A DNA stretch of 36,990 nt from a virus (lineage: Duplodnaviria; Caudoviricetes): the IMG/VR virus record IMGVR_UViG_3300028299_000012, positions 1 to 36,990 of that record, one strand, 5' to 3'. Numbering within the stretch: position 1 is the stretch's first letter; the number at the start of each line of letters is the position of its first letter. A program made the translations under genes and the position numbers. The notes beneath the pieces are model-generated. The model had not been told where the DNA came from. It saw nothing but the letters and a program-made list of their open reading frames with translations, and searched no databases. Of this stretch, positions 25,398 through 33,376 are shown piece after piece.

Positions 25398-26135
25398 ATG
25401 GCTCTCTCTGCTGACACCCCGCAAAAAGTGATGGGCGGGCACTGGATCGACTACCCGCTGGAAGCCTCGGCGACCGTGTACGAAGGCTCCATGATCGGTG
25501 ACAACGCGAGCGGCTACGCGCGTGCTCTGACGGCCGGGGACCGCTTCCTCGGCATCGCCCAGAAGGGCTGCGTCGAGACCACCGCGGTGGCCGGTGCCCA
25601 GTATGTCCGCTGCCGGGTCGGCACCTGGCGGCAGGAGTACGCGCTGGCCGGCGCGATCACGGACATCGGCGCCAAGGTCTACGCGAGCGACGACGGCACC
25701 ATCACCAAGACGGCCGGCACGAACACGCCTGTCGGTGAGATCAAGCGCTACGTCAGCGCCACGATGATGGACATCGAGTTCACGACCGACCAGGGCGTTT
25801 CGGCGCTCATCGCCACCGGGAACGATGTGGTCCTGAAGAGCAACGACGACCTGACGCTGACCCCTGGCAAGCTCGCCGCGGACAAGGTCGTGATTCAGGG
25901 CTACGACATCGACGGGTCGACATACGTCGACCTCATCACCGTGGCCAGTCATGCCACCGTCCCCAAGCTGACCCTCGGCGCCAGCGCCGCAGACACCATC
26001 GCTTTCTACGGCGTTGCTGGCGTGACGCAGTTCGCGCACACGAGCGCCGCGAGCACGACCACCACGGACGTTGCCGCCGCGCTGGCGGACATCTACCTCA
26101 AGTTCGAGGGCCTCGGCCTCATGGCAACCGCGTAA
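25398..26135 (+). CDS. capsid decoration / cement-like protein
   Basis: YEGSMIG, RFLGIA, DIGAKVYASDD; position between protease and capsid genes. Confidence 0.65.
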   Translation: MALSADTPQKVMGGHWIDYPLEASATVYEGSMIGDNASGYARALTAGDRFLGIAQKGCVETTAVAGAQYVRCRVGTWRQEYALAGAITDIGAKVYASDDGTITKTAGTNTPVGEIKRYVSATMMDIEFTTDQGVSALIATGNDVVLKSNDDLTLTPGKLAADKVVIQGYDIDGSTYVDLITVASHATVPKLTLGASAADTIAFYGVAGVTQFAHTSAASTTTTDVAAALADIYLKFEGLGLMATA

Positions 26136-26226
26136 CCAACCCCAACCGCCCGGCCGGCGGCTTTCGGCCAATGGCCGGGCGTGACCCAAGGACCGCAACC
26201 GCAGAGCAGCAAGGAGAGCATTTCCC

Positions 26227-27540
26227 GTGAAACTGAACATCGGAGCCGGCACCAGCGTACTACCGGGTTACGAACCCTGGGACATCGCCAAGCACCGCGA
26301 CGCGTACCCGCTGCGGGTCGAAGACGGCAGTATCGAGGCGATCTACGCCAGCCACATCCTTGAGCACTTCCCGCACGCGCAGACGCTGGCCGTCCTGGCC
26401 GATTGGGTGCGGGCGCTGCAACCCGGCGGGACGCTGCAAGTAGCTGTTCCCGACTTCCAGAAGATTGCCGCGCAGTTCCTCGCAGGCAACGACGGCAACT
26501 GGGAAAGCTACGTGTGCGGCGGACAGACCGACGCCAACGACACGCACCGCGCCATCTTCAACCGCGCGAAGTTGACCGAACTGCTGACGCTGGCCGGGCT
26601 GGAAGACATCAAGCCGTGGTCGCCCGTCATCGAGGATTGCGCCGCGCTGCCGATATCGCTGAACCTGCAAGGCACCAAGCCCGCGGCGAAGGCAGCCACC
26701 CCGACCAGCACCGAAGTGCTGGCATCCGAGTACCCGCCGCCCGCGACGCACGCGCCCACCATAGCGCCGTCGTGCTCCGGCATGCCGAAGGCGCAGCCGA
26801 TTGCGCCGGCACCCGCGAAGGTGGTTGCCGTGTGGTCCGTGCCGCGCCTTGGCTTCATGGACACGTTCAAGAGCATCTATACGACGCTGCCGGCTTACGG
26901 CATTCCGCTGTCAACGGGGCAGGGCGTGTTCTGGGGGCAGGCGCTTGAGAAGGCGATGGAGCAGGCCATCGAGGTCCATGCCGCACAGTGGTTCCTGGCG
27001 CTCGACTATGACAGCGTCTTCACCCCGGCCGACCTGTCGGAAATGTTCCGCATCCTGAACGCTCACCCGCAGGAGATCGACTGCCTGAGCCCGTTCCAAT
27101 GGTGCCGGACCCGCAGCCAGCCGCTCTTTTCGCCGGTCCCCGACGCACAGGGCAACCTGCCACCGGTGAGCAACGTGCAACTGCTGGCAAACGACATCTT
27201 CCCCGTGTCAACGGCACACTTCGGCTTCACGCTGATTCGGGCCGCCGCCGTAGCGCGCATGCCGCATCCGTGGTTCATGCCGCTGACCGCGCTTGACGGC
27301 ACCTGGGGCGAAGGCCGCGTAGACGACGACATCTACTTCTGGCGCAAGTTCCGGCTATGCGGCGGCCGGATGTACATGGCGCCCAAGGTCACTATCGGCC
27401 ACGCGGAGCTTGACCTCCGCTGGCCCGGCGCCGACTTCAAGCTTCTGCACCAGCACATGTACGAGTACAACGCCAAGGGGAAACCCGCAGGCGTGTTCGG
27501 CAGCACCCCAACCCCCACAACTGAAGGAAAGCAACCATGA
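26227..27540 (+). CDS. class I SAM methyltransferase fused to GT-A glycosyltransferase-like domain
   Basis: KLNIGAG, YASHILEHF, LQPGGTL; Pro/Ala linker; LALDYD, DDDIYFW, IGH. Confidence 0.75.
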   Translation: MKLNIGAGTSVLPGYEPWDIAKHRDAYPLRVEDGSIEAIYASHILEHFPHAQTLAVLADWVRALQPGGTLQVAVPDFQKIAAQFLAGNDGNWESYVCGGQTDANDTHRAIFNRAKLTELLTLAGLEDIKPWSPVIEDCAALPISLNLQGTKPAAKAATPTSTEVLASEYPPPATHAPTIAPSCSGMPKAQPIAPAPAKVVAVWSVPRLGFMDTFKSIYTTLPAYGIPLSTGQGVFWGQALEKAMEQAIEVHAAQWFLALDYDSVFTPADLSEMFRILNAHPQEIDCLSPFQWCRTRSQPLFSPVPDAQGNLPPVSNVQLLANDIFPVSTAHFGFTLIRAAAVARMPHPWFMPLTALDGTWGEGRVDDDIYFWRKFRLCGGRMYMAPKVTIGHAELDLRWPGADFKLLHQHMYEYNAKGKPAGVFGSTPTPTTEGKQP

Positions 27541-28496
27541 GCATTCAGTCCCTCAACGGGCTGTCCAGCAGGGCAATCGTCGGCCGCTACTACGCGACCC
27601 TCGAAAACCTGGGCGTCCCCGCCTGGGTCGACGCGCTCTCGATGGAGTTCTCGAGCAACCAGAGCGAAGAGACCTACAAGTTCCTCGGCATGGCCCCCGC
27701 GCTGCGCGAGTGGGTCGGCGGGCGCATGGAGAAGGGCCTGCTGGTCGGGTCTCAGGCAATCAAGAACGTACACTACGAGGCGACGCTGAACTTCGACGTG
27801 TCGGACATCCGCCGCGACAAGACCGGGCAGATCATGGTCCGTGTGGACGAGCTGGCCCGGCGCACGCAGAACCACTGGTGCAGCCTGTTGTCCAGCCTTA
27901 TCGTGAACGGCGCTACCTCGGCGACCTGCTACGACGGGCAGGACTTCTTCGATGACGACCACAGTTCCGGCGACTCCGGCACTCTCCAGAACGACATCGA
28001 CGCGACCGATGTGCCGGCGCTGAACCTGACGCTGGCCGCACCGACTGCGGCCGAGATGGCGGCGGCGATCCTCGACACCATCGCCTACATGCACGCCTAC
28101 AAGGACGACCAGGGCGAGCCGATCAACGACGAAGCGCGCGAGTTCATCGTCATGACCGGCATCCCCCTGTTTTGGGGCGCGTGTGTTCAGGCGTGCAGCT
28201 TGTACAACATCAGCGGCGGCAGCGTCATGAACAACCCGCTGGTGGGCGGTGACTTCAAGGTGGTCCCGGTCTTTAACGGCAAGCTCTCGGCCGGCACGGC
28301 CCAGATCTGGCTGTTCCGCACCGACGCCCCGATCAAGCCCTTCATCCGGCAGGTCGAGACGCCCGTCACGATGAAGACCATTGGCGCCGGCAGCGAAAGC
28401 GAGTTCGACAACGATGCCTGGAAGTTCGGCGTGGACACCTGGCGCGGGGCCGGTTACGGGATGTGGCAGTATGCCTGCCGCGCGACCCTGAGCTGA
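27537..28496 (+). CDS. Mu-like major capsid protein (gpT family)
   Basis: FLGMAPALREWVGGR, YEATL, CYDGQDFFDDDH, KPFIRQ, GYGMWQ. Confidence 0.92.
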   Translation: MSIQSLNGLSSRAIVGRYYATLENLGVPAWVDALSMEFSSNQSEETYKFLGMAPALREWVGGRMEKGLLVGSQAIKNVHYEATLNFDVSDIRRDKTGQIMVRVDELARRTQNHWCSLLSSLIVNGATSATCYDGQDFFDDDHSSGDSGTLQNDIDATDVPALNLTLAAPTAAEMAAAILDTIAYMHAYKDDQGEPINDEAREFIVMTGIPLFWGACVQACSLYNISGGSVMNNPLVGGDFKVVPVFNGKLSAGTAQIWLFRTDAPIKPFIRQVETPVTMKTIGAGSESEFDNDAWKFGVDTWRGAGYGMWQYACRATLS

Positions 28497-28594
28497 GTCT
28501 GGTTTGGCCGGGCCTGCATGCCCGGCGCTCTGCCGCCTGGGGGCGGACGCTCTCCCCGCCCTCAGGCACCTTTTCAACCACAACGGGGTGAGAC

Positions 28595-29029
28595 GTGCCG
28601 AGCTACATCACAGAGGCGATGCTGGAAGGCCGCACGAGCGGCCCCAAGCTGCTGGCGAGCCTGCTGCAGCAACCGGCAGGCTCGGCTGCGTATAGCGCTG
28701 CCGTGCTCGTGGTCATCGACCGCGCCGAGGACCGGATCGACGGCTACCTCTCGCCACGCTATACGGTTCCCGTCCCCACGTCGGGCTACATCGAGGAAAT
28801 GGCGCTTGCGGTTGCTGAGTGGGAACTGTACCGGCGCGGCAGCGGCAACGTACCGGAGAAGGTCCGCCAGGCATACGAAGATGCGCTGAAAGACCTGCGG
28901 GACATCAGTACCGGCAAGATGGATCTCGGCTCTGCCACGGCCGCGACAACCGCGGGCACCGTAGGTCTGGAGACGGCCGGCGCGGTGGGTCTGTTCGACG
29001 CTGACAGCATGGAGGATGCGGACTGGTGA
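28595..29029 (+). CDS. Mu gp36/DUF1320-like head-tail adaptor
   Basis: IDGYLSPRYTVP, YEDALKDLRDISTGK. Confidence 0.85.
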   Translation: MPSYITEAMLEGRTSGPKLLASLLQQPAGSAAYSAAVLVVIDRAEDRIDGYLSPRYTVPVPTSGYIEEMALAVAEWELYRRGSGNVPEKVRQAYEDALKDLRDISTGKMDLGSATAATTAGTVGLETAGAVGLFDADSMEDADW

Positions 29030-29610
29030 TTGCGGATCGGGACAACTTCACGACGATCACATGGCGGATGTCCGGCTCGCTCGCGCCTGTCTTTGCGCGG
29101 TTCTCGACCACGGCAGTCTCGCGCGTGCTGCGCATGACCGGCCGCACGCTGGTGAGCGATGCCAAGGACAATATCAGGGCCAAGGGTTGGAAGAAGCTCG
29201 GCAACGCCATCATTTCGTCGCTGAACGCGCAGCAGGCCGGCACGCGCCTGGAAGTCGGGGCCACGCACGTCGCCGCTCGCATGCGCGAGTTCGGCGGCCG
29301 GATCTCGGCGCCGGGGCAGGGCGACCTGGCGCGGCGCCGCGACTGGCTCACGATACCCGTAGGCGAGGCAAAGGGTCGCACCTATGACGAAATGCGCGCG
29401 CGTGGATGGAGCTTCTTTCGCATCATGGGAAAGAAGGGCTTTCCGGTTCTAATGGGCTACAAGACGGGCGTCGGCAAGCGCAGCAAGTACCGTGCCGCCC
29501 GGCCGCTGTTCGCCCTGCGTACCGAAGTGCGGCACCCCGCCAGCCCGTGGTTCCCGACGTTCGCACAGATCACCGCCAGATTCAACGAGGCATTCGGCAC
29601 CGCCCTATGA
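29026..29610 (+). CDS. virion morphogenesis / neck protein
   Basis: VGATHVAARMREFGG, WLTIP; position. Confidence 0.7.
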   Translation: MIADRDNFTTITWRMSGSLAPVFARFSTTAVSRVLRMTGRTLVSDAKDNIRAKGWKKLGNAIISSLNAQQAGTRLEVGATHVAARMREFGGRISAPGQGDLARRRDWLTIPVGEAKGRTYDEMRARGWSFFRIMGKKGFPVLMGYKTGVGKRSKYRAARPLFALRTEVRHPASPWFPTFAQITARFNEAFGTAL

Positions 29611-30053
29611 GTCTGCTCACCACAAGCACGCACGCGATACCCGAGCTGCGGGACATCCTGGCAGACAGGCTTCTGGAAAGCACGGGCCTAGCGTGGACGG
29701 TGCGGCAGTACCACGGCACGACCGCGGCCGGGCTGCTTGCGGCTATGCTGGCGACTGACCTCCCCAGCGCGGTAATCTCATGGTCCGGCGAGGAAACGCA
29801 CGGCGAGCCTGGGCGGCCGCAGCGCGCATACAACACCTTCCACCTGATGCTGCTGGCTGAGGATGCACAGGACGACGGCGGGGCCGACGTCGTGCAGGAG
29901 ATGCTGGACGCGGTAAAGGACCTGCTGGACAACTACGTCAGCGGCGACACCGTCTGGCGCTACATGGGCGCGGAGGCCGTGGACCTGAGCGAAGCCACCG
30001 ACGCCCCGAACATCACTTGCGTCGACGCCACTATCGAGGTGGGCGACCACTAG
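29607..30053 (+). CDS. putative tail terminator / completion protein
   Basis: ATGA-coupled, acidic, LPSAVI motif, position before the tube-like genes. Confidence 0.6.
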   Translation: MSLLTTSTHAIPELRDILADRLLESTGLAWTVRQYHGTTAAGLLAAMLATDLPSAVISWSGEETHGEPGRPQRAYNTFHLMLLAEDAQDDGGADVVQEMLDAVKDLLDNYVSGDTVWRYMGAEAVDLSEATDAPNITCVDATIEVGDH

Positions 30054-30113
30054 CGGACGCGGGTGCCGTTTTGGTTGACACGGACGGCACCCGAAACGAC
30101 AGGAGCAACAGAC

Positions 30114-30482
30114 ATGCCGACAACCGATGTCACTTTCACGCTGGTCGCCGCTTCGACCACGACCGGGGTTGCGATCATCCCCGGCACGCTGGAATACGGC
30201 GGCAACCACGACCAGCGCGGCGGGCGTGTGACCCCCGTCGTTGTGGCAGGCAATGCCCGTGACGGCAAATGCCAGGTCATCATCGACACGACGAACCCCG
30301 AGACGACCGTGCTGGCGCTGCAGAGCGCGGCTGGGCACGGAGACGTTACGGTTGCCGGCACCTACCTCGCGGCGGCCGGCTACGAGAGCTACCAGGCGCT
30401 GGTGGACGTATCGGCCGGCGAGGGCGAAGACGGCCCCGAAGTCTACACACTCACCTGGAAAGGCACCGTCGCCACAGCGTAA
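30114..30482 (+). CDS. putative tail tube-like protein 1
   Basis: AGGAG RBS; beta-rich Thr/Val/Gly composition; position. Confidence 0.5.
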   Translation: MPTTDVTFTLVAASTTTGVAIIPGTLEYGGNHDQRGGRVTPVVVAGNARDGKCQVIIDTTNPETTVLALQSAAGHGDVTVAGTYLAAAGYESYQALVDVSAGEGEDGPEVYTLTWKGTVATA

Positions 30483-30494
30483 GGAGCTACCACT

Positions 30495-30842
30495 ATGGCT
30501 GCTGTACTGAGATTCGACAACATCGACGTGGACGGGACCGCCGTAGCCGAGACGGAGTTTGTGTCCGGTTCGGGCCGGCTCACGCTGACCGGCGATGACG
30601 TGACCACAACCACTGCGGACGGGCGCATCCAGCACGACCGCCGCATCCTGAACCTGCGCGCGGAGTGCTCGCTCTATGGCGACTACAACAGCCTGGAGAC
30701 CGACAACGGACTCGGCGTGGTGTGCCAGTTCCTGCGCGGCACGAGCACGGTCAAGACCGCCACCATGGCGGTGTCGGTTGTGGTCTCCGGCGACGTGGCG
30801 GACAAGCAAAGCCGCGTGTCGTTTGTCGGTGATGCGGGCTGA
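30495..30842 (+). CDS. putative tail tube-like protein 2
   Basis: AAGGAG RBS; similar size and composition to the previous gene. Confidence 0.5.
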   Translation: MAAVLRFDNIDVDGTAVAETEFVSGSGRLTLTGDDVTTTTADGRIQHDRRILNLRAECSLYGDYNSLETDNGLGVVCQFLRGTSTVKTATMAVSVVVSGDVADKQSRVSFVGDAG

Positions 30843-30878
30843 GTAGATCCACCCCAGAGCACAGGAGAGCAACAGATC

Positions 30879-31340
30879 ATGAGCTACCACGGCATACCGA
30901 TCCGGCTGGTGCCGGACAACCCCGAGACGCACGAGCCGGAGTCGACTTACGAGACTGTCGTGTTCGCCACCCTCCGGCGCTGCCCGAAGCTCACCAAGCT
31001 GCTGAAGACGTACAACACCAAAGACGTGGCGGACGACGCGGCGCGCATGAAGGCCATCCTGGCCAAGCGCGCGATCCTGCAGGCGGAAACGCCCGAGGCT
31101 GTGGACGCCGCGGCAAAGGTGGCCGAGGCGGCATCGGCGGCAGCGGAGCAGGCAACGGCCGATCTGGCGAACGTGGTCCACGAGTTTCTGTTGGCAGGCT
31201 TCGTCGGCGCCGGCTACACCGATGACCAGGCCGAGCGCTACGCGTCCATGGTGCCACCGCAACGCCTGGCCGAGATCAAGGCCGCGGCTCTGGTAGGCTC
31301 CGGCCGACTGGATTTTACGAAGGCTCTGCCGGGGGCCTGA
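30879..31340 (+). CDS. tail assembly chaperone (gpG-like)
   Basis: Position; ends near the slippery-like GGATTTT at 31310-31316. Confidence 0.65.
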   Translation: MSYHGIPIRLVPDNPETHEPESTYETVVFATLRRCPKLTKLLKTYNTKDVADDAARMKAILAKRAILQAETPEAVDAAAKVAEAASAAAEQATADLANVVHEFLLAGFVGAGYTDDQAERYASMVPPQRLAEIKAAALVGSGRLDFTKALPGA

Positions 31341-31573
31341 CCCCTGCAGAGCTGTGTTACGCTGTGGCTGAGTCGCGATACTGGCGGGCGCGCGCGATAA
31401 GCCTCGGACTGCCGCCCGATGCGGACCCCGCCGACGTGATGCTGGTACAGGGCGGCGAAATGGGCGGGATTGAACCGGCGCGCAAAGTAGTGGACGAGTA
31501 CAACCGAACCGCGCGCGTGCTGCAGGCAGAGCTGGCGAAGGAGCAGCGAAAGGAAGCCGATGCCGCTTCGTAA
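31313..31573 (+). CDS. -1 frame extension of the tail chaperone (gpGT-like)
   Basis: The -1 frame is open from the slippery site: FYEGSAGGLTPAELCYAVAESRYW... Confidence 0.6.
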   Translation, partial: FYEGSAGGLTPAELCYAVAESRYWRARAISLGLPPDADPADVMLVQGGEMGGIEPARKVVDEYNRTARVLQAELAKEQRKEADAAS

Positions 31574-33041
31574 GCCAGTGTCGTTCACCGAAGCCGAGTC
31601 CTACCTGAAGGCCCGCCAGGACCGCCCGACCGCGCTCAATTCCACCCAGTATCTGACGCTGTGGGACAAAGAGGCCCGCCGCAAGGCGTTCTTTAGCGCC
31701 CGCGTCGCATCTGCCGATATCCTGGCCGAATTCCACCGGCTGACCCAAGCCGTAGTGGAAGGCCGGGGCAGCCAGACGCAGGCGGTCGAGCTGATGCGCG
31801 AGTTTCTGATGACGGACGGGCGCTCCGCACTGGAGAGGGGCGGGTGGATGATGCCCCGCGAAGCCGAGGGCAAGCTCACCGAGCTGGCGAGCACGCGCCG
31901 GCTCAACCTCATAGTCTACCAGAACGTCAAGATTGCGCAGGAAACGGGCAGCTATCAGCAGTGGGCACAGGTACGCGAGGACGTGCCCTATGGCCAGTGG
32001 CAACTGGGCTACTCGGAGGAGCACCGGGCCGAGCACGTTGCACGCGACGGGCGTATCTACCCCTTCGATCATCCAATCTGGACGGTGAGCCCGCCCGGCA
32101 GCGAGTTCAACTGCCATTGCTACCGGCGCGAGATGACCGCCGCGGAGGCGCGCGCGTCCGGTGCGACCATTGAGCCTGTAGACGCCGACGTGCAGCCTGG
32201 GCTGGTGGACTTCGACCCCAGCGGGGGCCTGGACCTGCCGCCCGTGGTCAAGGAAGACCTGCCGCCGGATTTGCGGGCCGAACTGCGCAAGGCGCTGGGC
32301 ATGGAGAACGAAGAAGAGGCGCTCGCGCGACGGTATCGGCGCGAAGTCAGAACGGCTATCGCCGCCCCGGTAGGAAGCGACCCGACCGAAATAGCGCGGG
32401 CAGCGCTTGACATGGCCACAGTAGACGCGATGCCATTTGAACAGGCAAAGCGCTTTGCATCGGCGGTTCGCCAATGGAAGGGCAGCCTACGCCTGTATGA
32501 CGTGGGCACAGAGGTCGTGGGGCACCACCTGGCAACCCTTAAACGCGTGCCGCCCGCTATGAGGCGTGCCGCCATTGAAGGGTCTGGTACTATCCATATT
32601 GGCGCACGTCCCGTTACTGGCTTTCATGGCATGGCGCATCTGAAAGGTGTTACACCAAGGGGATGGGAGGGAACGGGGTATACGTGGGACGATGTTGGCG
32701 GCGCAGGTCCAGACAGAAAGGGAGCTGGCACGTTCATTGGCGCGGATAGGTTTTATGGCGGGTCTCGTGACACTACGGCACTACATGAACTAGGGCACGC
32801 TGCCGATGTGGTTACCAAAAGCGTCGAGAATGCTACCGTGGAGCACCAGCGCCGCCTGTATGACAAGCTGGACGGCTATTTCCAGCAAGGCGGGCCGGGC
32901 GGCCAGGTTGGAGCACAGGAGCTAGCGGCACAAGGGATGGCGCAATACTTGAAATGGGGGCATGACTATGTTAAAGTTAACTATGACCGACCCTTTGCTA
33001 CTCTCATGGCAAGGGCGGTGCGGGGCGCGCTATGGAAGTAA
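31560..33041 (+). CDS. MuF (Mu gp30-like) protein with C-terminal zincin metallopeptidase domain
   Basis: AFFSARV, RRLNLIVYQN, HRAEH..DG..DHPIW..PP..FNCHC; C-terminal LHELGH and QELAAQ. Confidence 0.85.
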   Translation: MPLRKPVSFTEAESYLKARQDRPTALNSTQYLTLWDKEARRKAFFSARVASADILAEFHRLTQAVVEGRGSQTQAVELMREFLMTDGRSALERGGWMMPREAEGKLTELASTRRLNLIVYQNVKIAQETGSYQQWAQVREDVPYGQWQLGYSEEHRAEHVARDGRIYPFDHPIWTVSPPGSEFNCHCYRREMTAAEARASGATIEPVDADVQPGLVDFDPSGGLDLPPVVKEDLPPDLRAELRKALGMENEEEALARRYRREVRTAIAAPVGSDPTEIARAALDMATVDAMPFEQAKRFASAVRQWKGSLRLYDVGTEVVGHHLATLKRVPPAMRRAAIEGSGTIHIGARPVTGFHGMAHLKGVTPRGWEGTGYTWDDVGGAGPDRKGAGTFIGADRFYGGSRDTTALHELGHAADVVTKSVENATVEHQRRLYDKLDGYFQQGGPGGQVGAQELAAQGMAQYLKWGHDYVKVNYDRPFATLMARAVRGALWK

Positions 33042-33241
33042 TGCCCAATGGCATGATAGTCGAAACCCGGCGAGTGTCCGCCGCGGATGTTGTCGGCGAT
33101 TTACGTATAGAAATCCCGATACGCTCTTTGCTTACAACGACCGCCGGCAAGCAGCGGCTGTTGGCACTGCCCCCCGAGCAGTACGCATATCTGCAAGCCA
33201 AGTACGGCGTTCTATTGCCTGCTCGGCCGTCCTCGCGCTAA
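33032..33241 (+). CDS. small protein, candidate immunity or partner of the MuF effector
   Basis: Overlaps the MuF stop and shares the lower GC of the effector domain. Confidence 0.45.
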   Translation: MEVMPNGMIVETRRVSAADVVGDLRIEIPIRSLLTTTAGKQRLLALPPEQYAYLQAKYGVLLPARPSSR

Positions 33242-33376
33242 CCGCAGACGCCTTGTGCGCTTCCGGCCTGGCCAGCGCGCACGACCACGCCCGCCCCTAC
33301 CCCGGCGACAACGGCATCCGCTTTGAGCCGGTGACATCCGCGCCGCCAAAGCCGCAGCCGACGAAGGTATAGCACC

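Noticed and set aside
26147-26181. Hairpin CGCCCGGCC/GGCCGGGCG after the decoration gene (similar hairpin near 28507-28526)
   Set aside because: No U-tract, so not called a terminator; may be an mRNA stability element
29778-32474. Long minus-strand ORFs (898 aa here; also 21126-22994 and 19090-20667)
   Set aside because: Antisense shadows of well-supported + strand genes in high-GC DNA, with no recognisable motifs
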